From assembly GCA_050173015.1 (NCBI GenBank), contig JBFXLE010000002.1:160001-224000 (forward strand): DNA of 64,000 bases, read 5' to 3'. Made by a program: the position numbers and the translations under genes. Below are positions 32,119 to 42,545 of this stretch, in pieces. This stretch comes from Calditrichaceae bacterium. GTDB lineage: Bacteria > Calditrichota > Calditrichia > Calditrichales > JBFXGD01. Position 1 is the stretch's first letter. Every line of letters begins with the position of its first letter. Under the pieces are notes generated by a model. It did no database searches and was not told the origin of the DNA. It saw nothing but the letters and a program-made list of their open reading frames with translations.

Positions 32119-33999
32119 ATGAAATCGAGTACTACAACGAAGTTCATTCTAATTCTTGTGGTTTTGCTTGTAGCTGTATACCTTTTATATCCGACGTACA
32201 AGCTGAACTCAATGACGGATACTCAGCAAAGTGTAATGCAAACACAGGATCAGAAAAAATTCTTCGATTTAAAATCAGGAACCATCAATCTTGGTTTGGA
32301 TTTACAGGGTGGCATGCACGTTGTTCTGGAGGTGGATATAAAAGAACTGCTGAATCGCCTTGCAAAAAACCAGAATGATGATTTCAGACTTGCGCTTGAG
32401 GAAACTCAAAAACAGGTGGAAGTTTCTGATGATGATTTTATCTCTGTATTTAATGAAAAATTAAATGAAAAAAACGCGAACATTGTTCGGTTTTTTGGTA
32501 CGGCTGAACGTCGCACAGAGGCGGATGTTGTAAGTTATCTTCGTGATCAGACCAAGGAAGCTGTGGGCAGATCCCTTGAAATTATGCGAAACCGCGTTGA
32601 TGAATTCGGTGTCTCAGAACCAACTATTCAGAGACAGGGCGATCACCGCATTATCGTTGAACTTGCCGGTGTTACTGATCCCTCGCGTGTTCGTCAGCTT
32701 ATCGGTAAAACAGCGCTTCTGGAATTCAAATTGTTAAAAGACAATGTAGTGAGCGCGCAAGTAGCTGAAAAAATTAATTCATTTATCAATTCAAAAGTAT
32801 CCCCTGCGGACACTCTGAAAAAGACCAATGAAGCGAAGGGAGATACAGGAAGTACCGCTCTGGAGGATATCTTCGGGGTTGAAAATAAGAACGTCGCGAC
32901 CCAATCAACTGTTTCTGATACGACCACAGGCGATCTGTTTGAGCAGAATATGTTCTTCCTGGATCCGCGCGATAAGCAGACGCTTCTTGTGCCCCGTGAT
33001 AAGGAATTAAAATTCAAAGCGCTTCTGAATTTACCGGAAATTCAAAAAATTATCGCTGAAGAAGCGGGTAGCGCTCAATTTTACTGGGGAGCGAAGCCGG
33101 AATATAACGAGGAATATTATCAGGTTTTTCTCGTAAACAAAAATCTGGAATTAAGTGGTGAAACCATTGTTGACGCTTTGCCTCAGCCGGGGAGTCAGTC
33201 CGATCCGACTTCTATCGGTAAATTTGAAGTTTCTTTAACCTTCAACGATGAAGGTTCACGCGTGTTTTCGAGAGTTACCGGAGCCAATATAGGCAAACGG
33301 CTGGCAATCATACTCGATAATAAAGTATTTCTTGCTCCATCTCTCCGTGTGAAAATCTCTAACGGTAGAGCGCGTATTACCGGATTGGAAACCATGGATG
33401 AAGCGAAGGATCTGGGAATTGTCCTGAAAGCCGGCGCGCTGCCTGCTCCGGTTGATATTATTGAAGAAAGAACGGTCGGTCCGTCACTGGGTGTTGATTC
33501 CATACGAGCCGGAAGTTATTCAGCAATTTTAGGGATGATTCTTGTCATGATTTTCATGGTAATATATTACCGGCTCTCAGGGTTTGTCGCCGATATAGCA
33601 TTGGTTCTCAATATCGTTTTTATCATGTCGATTATGGCATATTTTCATGCCACGCTTACTCTCCCGGGTATAGCGGGTATAATTTTGACTATCGGTATGG
33701 CGGTTGATGCAAATGTGCTTATTTTTGAGCGCATTCGGGAAGAACTGCGCCGTGGAAAAACAGTCCGCGCCTCTATCGAAGTGGGTTACGGAAAAGCATT
33801 TGTGACTATTCTGGATGCCAACGTTACTACGTTTATCGCGGGTCTTGTGTTATACACATACGGTTCAGGTCCCATCCAGGGTTTTGCGTTAACATTAATG
33901 ATTGGTATTTTGGCAAGTATGTTCACGGCGATCGTTGTGACACGCGTGATATTTGACTATGCGCTTGAAAAGAAAGCTATAAAGAATTTGAGCATATAA
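32119..33999 (+). CDS. secD: Protein translocase subunit SecD
   Basis: LGLDLQGG, RVDEFGVSEP, VGPSLG, LTLPGIAG, AVDANVLIFERIREE; alternative GTG start at 32110. Confidence 0.97.
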   Translation: MKSSTTTKFILILVVLLVAVYLLYPTYKLNSMTDTQQSVMQTQDQKKFFDLKSGTINLGLDLQGGMHVVLEVDIKELLNRLAKNQNDDFRLALEETQKQVEVSDDDFISVFNEKLNEKNANIVRFFGTAERRTEADVVSYLRDQTKEAVGRSLEIMRNRVDEFGVSEPTIQRQGDHRIIVELAGVTDPSRVRQLIGKTALLEFKLLKDNVVSAQVAEKINSFINSKVSPADTLKKTNEAKGDTGSTALEDIFGVENKNVATQSTVSDTTTGDLFEQNMFFLDPRDKQTLLVPRDKELKFKALLNLPEIQKIIAEEAGSAQFYWGAKPEYNEEYYQVFLVNKNLELSGETIVDALPQPGSQSDPTSIGKFEVSLTFNDEGSRVFSRVTGANIGKRLAIILDNKVFLAPSLRVKISNGRARITGLETMDEAKDLGIVLKAGALPAPVDIIEERTVGPSLGVDSIRAGSYSAILGMILVMIFMVIYYRLSGFVADIALVLNIVFIMSIMAYFHATLTLPGIAGIILTIGMAVDANVLIFERIREELRRGKTVRASIEVGYGKAFVTILDANVTTFIAGLVLYTYGSGPIQGFALTLMIGILASMFTAIVVTRVIFDYALEKKAIKNLSI

Positions 34000-34035
34000 T
34001 TCTTACGAGATTTGATGGAAGGAGATCCATAGAAA

Positions 34036-34929
34036 ATGCAATTTTTCACTAACACTAATATAAACTTTATCGACCGCCGGAAAGTAGGGTACATATTTAG
34101 CGCCGTCCTGATATCGATTTCAATAATCTCGCTAATTTTGCATGGCGGACCGCGGTATAATATCGATTTCACCGGTGGAACGCTTGTTCATCTTAAATTT
34201 GAAAAAGACGTTGAAATTCAGACGATCAGATCCACTCTAAGCGCTCACGGTTTCGGAGATTCTGAAATCAAACACTTTGGTGGGAAAAATGAAATTTCCA
34301 TTCGCGCGGGTATTGAACGCACGGATGAAGAACTTTCTACAACTATTGAAAATCTAATCAGCGAGGCGCTGCCGGATAACCCCTTTCTCGTTCAAAGGGT
34401 TGAAAAAGTGGGACCGAAGGTTGGCCATGAGTTGATTATAGACGCGCTGATGGCAATTTTCTGGGCGATGCTTTTAATCCTTATCTATGTCATGTGGCGT
34501 TTTGAATTCAAGTTTTCAATTGGTGCCATCAGCGCTTTGATGCATGATATTATAATAACACTTGGTATTTTTTCTGTGTTAAATATCGAGATATCAGCGC
34601 CGATTATCGCGGCGGTTTTAACGATTGTCGGCTATTCTCTGAATGACACCATCGTTGTTTATGACCGGATTCGGGAAAATTTGAAAACAAGCCGGAAAAG
34701 TTTATCCGATCTTGCTGAGCTGGTGAACCAGAGTATCAATGAAACATTGAGTCGCACAATCATGACTTCCGGTACCACCATGCTCGTGGTGCTGGTACTC
34801 TTTTTCTTCGGAGGAGAAGTATTAAGGACCTTTGCGCTGGCATTGACTATCGGTATTGTAGTTGGAACTTATTCATCCATATTTATTGCAAGCCCTATAG
34901 TGGTAGACTGGAAAAATAAAAAAGCATAA
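34036..34929 (+). CDS. secF: Protein translocase subunit SecF
   Basis: IDFTGG, VGPKVG, HDII, GYSLNDTIVVYDRIREN, TLSRTIMTS, GTYSSIFIA. Confidence 0.97.
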   Translation: MQFFTNTNINFIDRRKVGYIFSAVLISISIISLILHGGPRYNIDFTGGTLVHLKFEKDVEIQTIRSTLSAHGFGDSEIKHFGGKNEISIRAGIERTDEELSTTIENLISEALPDNPFLVQRVEKVGPKVGHELIIDALMAIFWAMLLILIYVMWRFEFKFSIGAISALMHDIIITLGIFSVLNIEISAPIIAAVLTIVGYSLNDTIVVYDRIRENLKTSRKSLSDLAELVNQSINETLSRTIMTSGTTMLVVLVLFFFGGEVLRTFALALTIGIVVGTYSSIFIASPIVVDWKNKKA

Positions 34930-34948
34930 CTGGATAAAGGAAATAAAA

Positions 34949-35284
34949 ATGAACATCCAGGTAACTGAACACAACGGAGTTTCAATCATTTCCCTTGCCG
35001 GCAAAATAATGGGCGGACCCGAAGCCGGGCAAATAAATGAGCAGATTAATCTTCTGCTTGACCAGGGAAACAGAAAGATTATCATGGATCTCGAGAATGT
35101 GGAATGGATGAATAGTTCCGGACTTGGGATTCTGATTGGCGCGATCACGACGCTGAAAAATAACGGCGGTAAAATGGCACTGATCAATGTGTCAGAGCGT
35201 ATCCTTAACCTTTTGAAAATCACTAAATTAATAAACGTGTTTAGTGTCCATCCTGACCTGGAAAGCGCTTTAGCGGAAATTTAA
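34949..35284 (+). CDS. STAS-domain anti-sigma factor antagonist
   Basis: DLENVEWMNSSGLG, LLKITKL. Confidence 0.92.
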   Translation: MNIQVTEHNGVSIISLAGKIMGGPEAGQINEQINLLLDQGNRKIIMDLENVEWMNSSGLGILIGAITTLKNNGGKMALINVSERILNLLKITKLINVFSVHPDLESALAEI

Positions 35285-35301
35285 TCTGAAAACCTTTTGA
35301 T

Positions 35302-35327
35302 AAACTCCGGTATTTGACCGGAGTTTT
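35302..35327 (+). terminator. Hairpin / probable terminator
   Basis: AAACTCCGGT-loop-ACCGGAGTTT followed by T-rich sequence. Confidence 0.7.
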
Positions 35328-35345
35328 CTATTTTTAAGGAATATT

Positions 35346-36620
35346 ATGCCAGTAAAAATTGTGGTAGGCAGCCAATGGGGAGACGAGGGAAAGGGCAAGA
35401 TTATTGATGTCCTTAGTGAAGCCATGGATCTCGTTATTCGATATCAGGGTGGCGCAAACGCCGGTCACACTGTTTGTATCGGTGAAGACAAGTATGTGCT
35501 TCATCTGTTGCCGTCCGGCATATTAAGACCCGGTGTGAAGTGTATTATCGGTGGTGGCGTTGTTCTCGATCCGGAAGCATTCCGGGATGAACTCAACTTT
35601 CTGGAATCCGTCGGCGTCGATTATCAGAACAGGCTAATGATTTCACCTAGAACACATGTAATTTTTCCATATCATAAATTGCTCGATAAGCTCTCGGAAA
35701 CCGGGAAGGGGAAAGAACAAATCGGTACGACGGGCAGGGGTATTGGACCTGCATACACTGATAAATACAGCCGTGTCGGACTACGGGCTGTTGATTTGAT
35801 CAATGATGATATACGAAATCAACGATTAAAAGAGATTATCAGCCAAAAAAACTTTCTTATTGAAAAATATTACAATTCCCGGCCGATAGAGCTCGATGAA
35901 ATTCTAAAAACCGGCGAAATGTACGCTGAAATTATCAGGCCATTCGTTAATGAAACTGTGGAAATGGTAAACCGATTTATTCAAAAAGGTAAAAATATTC
36001 TTCTGGAAGGGGCTCAGGGCGCTCTGCTTGATATTGACTTTGGATCTTATCCTTATGTGACATCTTCTCACACGATATCCGGTGGAGGAACGATCGGGTC
36101 CGGGGTTCCGGTTACAGCTGTCAATGGCGTAACCGGCGTTATGAAAGCATATCTTACACGTGTTGGAAACGGTCCGTTTCCAACCGAAGAGGATACTCCA
36201 ACGGGTCAAAAGCTACGTGATATCGGCGCTGAGTACGGCGCCACCACAGGACGCCCCCGCAGATGCGGATGGCTGGATCTCGTAGCCGCGAGATACTCTG
36301 TGCAAATTAATGGAATTACCGATCTTGCTCTTACAAAATTGGATGTTCTTGATCAATTTGATAAAATTTATGTCTGCACATCTTACCGGCATAAAAACAA
36401 TTCGCTAAACACCTTTCCGGCTGATCAGACAACATTGTCGGAGATTGAGCCGGTTTATGAGGAGTTACCTGGCTGGAATGAATCTATCAATTCAATCAGG
36501 ACTTTCGACGGATTGCCGGTCAAAACAAAAAATTATATAAAATATATTGAAGATTTTTGTTCTGTTCCCGTGAAGTATATTTCGGTAGGGCACAGACGGG
36601 AAGAGATCATCATTAAATAG
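35346..36620 (+). CDS. purA: Adenylosuccinate synthetase
   Basis: QWGDEGKGK, GGANAGHT, GTTGRGIGP, EGAQG, TTGRPRRCGW. Confidence 0.98.
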   Translation: MPVKIVVGSQWGDEGKGKIIDVLSEAMDLVIRYQGGANAGHTVCIGEDKYVLHLLPSGILRPGVKCIIGGGVVLDPEAFRDELNFLESVGVDYQNRLMISPRTHVIFPYHKLLDKLSETGKGKEQIGTTGRGIGPAYTDKYSRVGLRAVDLINDDIRNQRLKEIISQKNFLIEKYYNSRPIELDEILKTGEMYAEIIRPFVNETVEMVNRFIQKGKNILLEGAQGALLDIDFGSYPYVTSSHTISGGGTIGSGVPVTAVNGVTGVMKAYLTRVGNGPFPTEEDTPTGQKLRDIGAEYGATTGRPRRCGWLDLVAARYSVQINGITDLALTKLDVLDQFDKIYVCTSYRHKNNSLNTFPADQTTLSEIEPVYEELPGWNESINSIRTFDGLPVKTKNYIKYIEDFCSVPVKYISVGHRREEIIIK

Positions 36621-36629
36621 ATTTGAACA

Positions 36630-37514
36630 ATGAAGCGATTTTTACTCATTTTTTTTTTATTCATTCAGTTATTTTTATATCATTGCGATAAAAAGGCTGA
36701 ATCATCAGAAAATCCGAAAATCCTTTTCGAATTAATATACATATCAAATCTGAACGGTAGTCTTGAGAATTGCGGATGCGGTGATCCGCCTCTTGGCGGG
36801 GTTGACCGGATAGCATCTGTGATCAATCAAAAACGGTCTGAGAATCCCAATCTGTTGTTCATCGATGGAGGTGATTTCTTAAATACATACCCATTCCGTC
36901 TCCTGAACAGCAGTGTGGTGGAAGGATACAAATATCTCAAACCTGATGGTTTGATTCTGGGAGATCAGGAATTTGTTGAAGGTCCGGGATTTCTAAACAG
37001 ATTGGCGCTCGAACTACGGAAATCCATCATCGCGTCAAACTACATGATCCAGAACACGAAATTGCGGGAAAATCTTGTGTTTAAATCTCCTTCCGGTGAG
37101 ACGATGCGATTTTTTGCTTATCTGGATCCCGAATCTTTTGATTTTATAAAAGCAGATAGTTTAACGCGTTTTGATCCACAAAAATTTGATTCGCTTTACC
37201 ATGCCATAAACAAAGAAGAAATATCCGTTGTGATATATCACGGAACAAGCGTAGGACTGGAATCGTTTCTAAATAAGTATTCAGATTTTGATCTGATACT
37301 TTCTTCTCATGAACAAAGTCTTAAATATACCGTCAATTCTTCACCCGCTGTCATAAGCGGCGGGGCTGACGGCAAGTCGGTTATAAATATTCAAGTTCTA
37401 AAATCAGAAACTGATATCGAATACCGTGTCTTTAACATACCTATTGGTCTGGAGATTGAACCGGAACCCGCTGTATCTGATATAATTTATAAATATATAA
37501 ATAATTTACATTGA
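36630..37514 (+). CDS. UshA/5'-nucleotidase-like metallophosphoesterase-fold exported protein with CGC motif
   Basis: Signal peptide with Cys; G.LENCGC...GG..R, FIDGGDF, GDQEF, IIASN, DLILSSH. Confidence 0.7.
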   Translation: MKRFLLIFFLFIQLFLYHCDKKAESSENPKILFELIYISNLNGSLENCGCGDPPLGGVDRIASVINQKRSENPNLLFIDGGDFLNTYPFRLLNSSVVEGYKYLKPDGLILGDQEFVEGPGFLNRLALELRKSIIASNYMIQNTKLRENLVFKSPSGETMRFFAYLDPESFDFIKADSLTRFDPQKFDSLYHAINKEEISVVIYHGTSVGLESFLNKYSDFDLILSSHEQSLKYTVNSSPAVISGGADGKSVINIQVLKSETDIEYRVFNIPIGLEIEPEPAVSDIIYKYINNLH

Positions 37515-38560
37515 TTTTAGAGGAGTTCGCCATAAAAGCACAGGAAATCATAAAAGCCGCGATAGCCAAACTTTTTGACGGAAACAATCTTTCCCGCGAA
37601 GAGAGCAGGGTTATCATGAAAATGATGATGGAGGGAAAGATAACAGATGCTCAAATATCTGCTTATCTGGTAGCTCTAAGAATGAAAGGTGAGACTGTCG
37701 ATGAAATTGCCGGCTCGGCAGAGGCAATGATCGAAAAAGTCGACGCCGTTAATTTTAAATACGACAATTTTGTTGATACCAGTGGAACAGGATGTGACAA
37801 TCTTCATACCTTTAATATTTCCACCACGGCGGCTTTTGTGACCGCCGGAGCCAATGTGGCTGTGGCAAAGCATGGAAACCGCTCTATTCTGAGTAAATGC
37901 GGCAGTTCGGATATATTAAAAGCTTTGGGTGTTAATATCGATATTTCAAATGATCTTGTTTCGCGATGTTTTCATGAAATCGGAATCGCTTTTCTGTTTA
38001 GACCGAAATATCATAAATCATTTCAATATGCCCTTGGACCAAGGAGAGAAATAGGCGCGAGGACTCTGTTCAATGTTTTGGGACCCATCACAAATCCTGC
38101 CCAGACCCGTCATCAATTGATTGGTGTTTATGACGCGTCTCTTATGCGTAAGTTAGTCGATGTAATGCGCGAGCTTGGGGCGCACCAGGTGATGGTGGTT
38201 CATGGAGATGACGGACTTGATGAAATTACTATAACCGGAAAAACTCATGTCTGTGAGCTTATCGATGGTCAGGTATATGAATATGTAATTTCACCGGAAG
38301 ATTTCAAAATGAAGAGTTCACCAATCTCAAGTGTTCAAAGCAGCTCATGTGAAGAAAATGTTCGCTACACGATGAACGTATTAAACGGAGAAGAGGGTCC
38401 TGCTACCGATATCGTAATGTTAAATGCCGGCGCGGCGATCAAGGTAAGCGGTAAAGTGGCTTCTCTGGCAGAAGGGATCGAGTTGGCGAGGGAATCAATA
38501 ATAAGCGGCGCCGCGAAGAGAAAGTTGGAGAACCTGATCAAAATTACAAATTTATCTTAA
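37511..38560 (+). CDS. trpD: Anthranilate phosphoribosyltransferase (stand-alone)
   Basis: LRMKGET, DTSGTGCD..TFNIST, KHGN, RTLFNVLGP, DGLDE, LNAG. Confidence 0.88.
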   Translation: MILEEFAIKAQEIIKAAIAKLFDGNNLSREESRVIMKMMMEGKITDAQISAYLVALRMKGETVDEIAGSAEAMIEKVDAVNFKYDNFVDTSGTGCDNLHTFNISTTAAFVTAGANVAVAKHGNRSILSKCGSSDILKALGVNIDISNDLVSRCFHEIGIAFLFRPKYHKSFQYALGPRREIGARTLFNVLGPITNPAQTRHQLIGVYDASLMRKLVDVMRELGAHQVMVVHGDDGLDEITITGKTHVCELIDGQVYEYVISPEDFKMKSSPISSVQSSSCEENVRYTMNVLNGEEGPATDIVMLNAGAAIKVSGKVASLAEGIELARESIISGAAKRKLENLIKITNLS

Positions 38561-38684
38561 CTGATATTATGTCATTTAGATACGTTTAATAAAGGATTTG
38601 TGATTTTTATACGGAGTTTTAACTCCGGAATGAATTTTTTTTAACGGCTTAAATAAATTCCCTATCAACTTCTGTGTAAAATAA

Positions 38685-38714
38685 TTGCGTCAGATGGTGG
38701 CGTTTTTATATATT
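38685..38714 (+). promoter_or_regulatory. Putative sigma70 promoter giving a leader of about 170 nt before chorismate mutase
   Basis: TTGCGT-18 nt-TATATT. Confidence 0.4.
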
Positions 38715-38890
38715 GTTGCATCCCAGAAGGATAGGATGTGGTTATTGCCCCATTGATTAAAACACCAGGGAAGAAATCCTATATTTCATTACAGAAAGTC
38801 AGTTGTAATACAAATGAAAACAGTCCGAATTATGTCACAGAATATAATCGGAACATAGTAAATTCCATATGAAAAAAACGGGAAATCAGT

Positions 38891-39181
38891 TTGAAGGAAA
38901 AAAACTCCAAAATCAACGCATTCCGTATTAAAATTGATGAAACCGACAAATCAATTGTCAGATTATTGAATCAGCGCGCGGTTTTTGCGGTTGAAATTGG
39001 GAAAATAAAACGCAAATTGAATTTACCGGTTTATACACCCAGCAGGGAAGAGGAAGTTATCCGAAACGTAAAATCAAACAACAGCGGTCCTCTTCAAGAT
39101 GATGCAATCCAGCGTCTGTACGAGAGGATAATAGACGAATCGAGACGACTGGAACGCGAATATTTTTCTGAAGACGAATAA
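38891..39181 (+). CDS. Chorismate mutase type II (AroQ)
   Basis: R.KIDETD..IVRLLNQRA..A.EIG.IK....P....REEEV; I..LYERIIDESR. Confidence 0.9.
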   Translation: MKEKNSKINAFRIKIDETDKSIVRLLNQRAVFAVEIGKIKRKLNLPVYTPSREEEVIRNVKSNNSGPLQDDAIQRLYERIIDESRRLEREYFSEDE

Positions 39182-39183
39182 AA

Positions 39184-40257
39184 ATGGGTATAAATTTTTT
39201 TAAGAGACTTTCTAATAAACAGAAAAGTCTTATTCTGATCTTATTCCTGTTGCCGATTTTTGTGATAGATGTTCTACATTATTTCACATTACCGGAAAGA
39301 GCGTACGAACCTCCGGATAAGATTGAGATTGATATACCGAGAGGGGCAGCATTGACTCAAATTGCTGATTCGCTTGGTAAATATGAATTGATTAAGAATA
39401 AAAAAATGTTCATACTCTGGGCAAAATTATTGGGATATGAAAATAAACTAAAGGCAGGATTGTTCAAGATACCGGTGAATTTGAATAATGCCCAATTGCT
39501 GACATATCTCTCGCAAGCGAGGGCGCAGGAGGTTTCGGTAACGCTTCTGGAGGGTTGGAGCGCCGCCAGAATCGGTCTGGAATTAGAGCAAAAATTAAAA
39601 ATAAACGCAGCAAAATTTGATTCATTATGCCGGGATTCCAGCCTAACCGGGGAACTTGAAGCTGAACCAGATAACTTAGAAGGATATCTGTTGCCGGATA
39701 CCTATTCATTCTACTGGGGAATTACCGAAGAATCGCTGATCCGGTTTTTTCTCAACAGAACGTTATCCCTCTTCGAGTCGGATAGTGTAAAGGCAGCGCT
39801 TAAAGAGCTTGGAATGACGCGTCACCAAATACTCACCCTCGCTTCAATAGTGGAAGGTGAGGCTATTTTTGATGATGAACGCTCAATTATTGCATCGGTT
39901 TATTACAATCGGTTAAGAAGACATATGAAATTACAGGCAGATCCTACGGTACAGTTTATACTTGACGATGCGCCTCGTCGGTTATTGTACAAGGATCTTG
40001 AAATCGATTCTCCATACAATACGTATTTATATTACGGATTGCCTCCCGGACCGATCAATAATCCCGGTAAAGCATCAATTTTCGCGTCACTGTTTCCCGC
40101 AGACACAAAGTATTTGTTTTTTGTGGCTACCGGAGACGGGCGGCATGCGTTTTCTGTGACAGCATCTGAACATGCCAGAGCAAAAGCCGCGTTTGACAAA
40201 GTTAGAAGAGAAGTGTATCGCAAGAAACGACAAGTAAAGTTAAAGGAAAACGATTAA
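39184..40257 (+). CDS. mltG: Endolytic transglycosylase MltG
   Basis: TM anchor, LEGYLLPDTY, LASIVEGE, LQADPT, SPYNTY..GLPPGPINNPG, YLFFVA. Confidence 0.96.
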   Translation: MGINFFKRLSNKQKSLILILFLLPIFVIDVLHYFTLPERAYEPPDKIEIDIPRGAALTQIADSLGKYELIKNKKMFILWAKLLGYENKLKAGLFKIPVNLNNAQLLTYLSQARAQEVSVTLLEGWSAARIGLELEQKLKINAAKFDSLCRDSSLTGELEAEPDNLEGYLLPDTYSFYWGITEESLIRFFLNRTLSLFESDSVKAALKELGMTRHQILTLASIVEGEAIFDDERSIIASVYYNRLRRHMKLQADPTVQFILDDAPRRLLYKDLEIDSPYNTYLYYGLPPGPINNPGKASIFASLFPADTKYLFFVATGDGRHAFSVTASEHARAKAAFDKVRREVYRKKRQVKLKEND

Positions 40258-42470
40258 TGATATCTGGTTACGATGAATTAAATGAAGTTCAGTTAGAAGC
40301 AGTTAAGGCCACGGACGGACCCGTGCTTATTCTTGCCGGCGCGGGTAGCGGGAAAACCAGAAGCCTGACATACCGAATCGCTTATCTTATTAATGAAAAA
40401 AAGGTTAAATCTTCTGAAATCCTTGCGGTGACATTTACAAATAAAGCTGCCAGAGAGATGAAAGAAAGGGTTGAGAATTTACTCGGAGCAAATATAACAT
40501 CATTGTGGATCGGCACATTCCACAGTATTTGCGCGCGGATACTTCGGGCAGAATCCGCTCAACTCGGATTCACCAGCAGCTTTACCATATATGATTCCGA
40601 TGATCAGGTGAGGGCCCTGAAAAAAATCATCAGCATTCTGAGTGTTCCGCAGCAATTGTATTCGGCAAAAATGATTCAGAGCCGTCTTTCCCGTGTAAAA
40701 AATCAATTTCTTTTCCCGGATGATCTTGATTCGGAGTCAGGTGACGGTTTGGATGAATATCTTCCTCAAATTTACCGGGAATACCAGAAGTTTCTAAAAG
40801 AAAACAACGCCATGGATTTCGACGATCTGCTCATAAAGCCAATTGAGTTGTTTGATCAAAAACCGGAGATAAGGAAAAAATATTCAAATAAATTTAAATA
40901 TGTGCTCGTCGATGAATATCAGGATACCAATCGCGCGCAATATCTTTTTATAAAAAAACTTGTTCTCGGTCACCGGAATCTCTGTGTGGTTGGTGATGAA
41001 GATCAGTCCATTTACGGCTGGCGCGGGGCGGATATCACAAATATTTTAAATTTTAATAAAGATTTTAACGATGCCAGAATCTTTAAACTCGAAGAGAACT
41101 ATCGTTCCAATGAAAATATACTCCAGGCTGCCAATGCCGTTGTTGGTCACAACACTGAACGGATCGGTAAAAACCTGTGGACGCGACGTAAAAAAGGGGA
41201 CAAAATATCCGTTTATGCGGCACAGAATGACATGGAAGAGGCAAAAAGGATCGTTGATGTTGTTCATGAGGAGATGTACACAAAAAAGAGAAGTTTTAGT
41301 GACATCGCCATTTTATATCGCACCAATGCCCAGAGTCGCGTCATTGAAGATGAGCTCCGCAGAAATGCAATTTCTTATATAATCATCGGTGGTGTGAAGT
41401 TTTATGACCGGAAAGAAATCAAAGATATTATTGCCTATCTAAAACTGATTGTCAATCCGGCGGACAGCATCTCCCTGAAAAGAATTGTAAATTTTCCGTT
41501 GAGAGGAATAGGCGATACCACCATATCCAAAATCGAGAAATTTGCGGAAATTGAAAATATTAGCTTATTTAACGCGCTGGGACGAGTAAAAGAAATTTCT
41601 TCCATTTCCCCTGCCATGGGTGGTCGCGTCATCGAATTCTATAATTTGATCTCTAATTATATAAGCCTGAAAGATGAATTATCCACCATTGAGCTTGCAT
41701 CTACACTGGCGTCGGAAACGGGTATTCTTCATCATTATCAAACTGAATATGATCAATATGAAAGCGAAAGCAAAGTTGCCAATATTAAGGAACTTTTTCA
41801 GAGTATTGAACAGTTTACAGAAGAACGAATAAAAAATAAAATGGAAAGCGACCTTGCTTCATTTCTTGAAGATGTGAGCCTCATGACAGATATCGATACA
41901 TGGAATAATTCAAATAATGCGGTGACCTTAATGACACTGCATGCTGCCAAAGGTCTTGAATTTCCTGTGGTGTTCATAACGGGAATGGAGATGGGATTAC
42001 TCCCGCTCCAGCGAAATTCCGCGGACATCAGTGAGCTTGAAGAAGAAAGACGTTTATTATATGTCGGCATGACCCGGGCTGAAGAAAATTTATATCTTAG
42101 CTTTGCCAGATCACGCCGCAAATATGCAAGCTTTGTTCAAAGCACGCCATCTCTGTTCCTGGATGAGATACCCGTGGATCTGCTCAGTTATACGCCCGCG
42201 TCCAGGGAAGCGCTTCCCCAAAAATCAAATCGTGGAAAAGCGCGCAGAAAAAAAATTCAATCGTATTTTGAAACTTCCGACGAAAATCAAGTAGTTGATG
42301 ATACCTATAAAGTAGGCCAGGATGTCTATCATTCCACATTCGGCAAAGGGAAAATTATGAATCTCGAAGGCTCCGGAGACAAGATGAAAATAACAGTCCA
42401 TTTTCAGGATGAAGGCATCACTAAAAAATTAATTCGTCAATACGCCAATTTAAGTCCGATAGAAGGATAG
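40257..42470 (+). CDS. pcrA: ATP-dependent DNA helicase PcrA/UvrD
   Basis: AGAGSGKT, TFTNKAA, VDEYQDTN, VGDEDQSIY, LEENYRS, TLHAAKGLEF, EEERRLLYVGMTRA, C-terminal Tudor-like domain. Confidence 0.95.
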   Translation: MISGYDELNEVQLEAVKATDGPVLILAGAGSGKTRSLTYRIAYLINEKKVKSSEILAVTFTNKAAREMKERVENLLGANITSLWIGTFHSICARILRAESAQLGFTSSFTIYDSDDQVRALKKIISILSVPQQLYSAKMIQSRLSRVKNQFLFPDDLDSESGDGLDEYLPQIYREYQKFLKENNAMDFDDLLIKPIELFDQKPEIRKKYSNKFKYVLVDEYQDTNRAQYLFIKKLVLGHRNLCVVGDEDQSIYGWRGADITNILNFNKDFNDARIFKLEENYRSNENILQAANAVVGHNTERIGKNLWTRRKKGDKISVYAAQNDMEEAKRIVDVVHEEMYTKKRSFSDIAILYRTNAQSRVIEDELRRNAISYIIIGGVKFYDRKEIKDIIAYLKLIVNPADSISLKRIVNFPLRGIGDTTISKIEKFAEIENISLFNALGRVKEISSISPAMGGRVIEFYNLISNYISLKDELSTIELASTLASETGILHHYQTEYDQYESESKVANIKELFQSIEQFTEERIKNKMESDLASFLEDVSLMTDIDTWNNSNNAVTLMTLHAAKGLEFPVVFITGMEMGLLPLQRNSADISELEEERRLLYVGMTRAEENLYLSFARSRRKYASFVQSTPSLFLDEIPVDLLSYTPASREALPQKSNRGKARRKKIQSYFETSDENQVVDDTYKVGQDVYHSTFGKGKIMNLEGSGDKMKITVHFQDEGITKKLIRQYANLSPIEG

Positions 42471-42545
42471 ATAAAATATAAAGCAGAATACAATCCTTTA
42501 CACAATTTATCAGACATGAGCGTCCATTATTTAAAACGGAACTAT

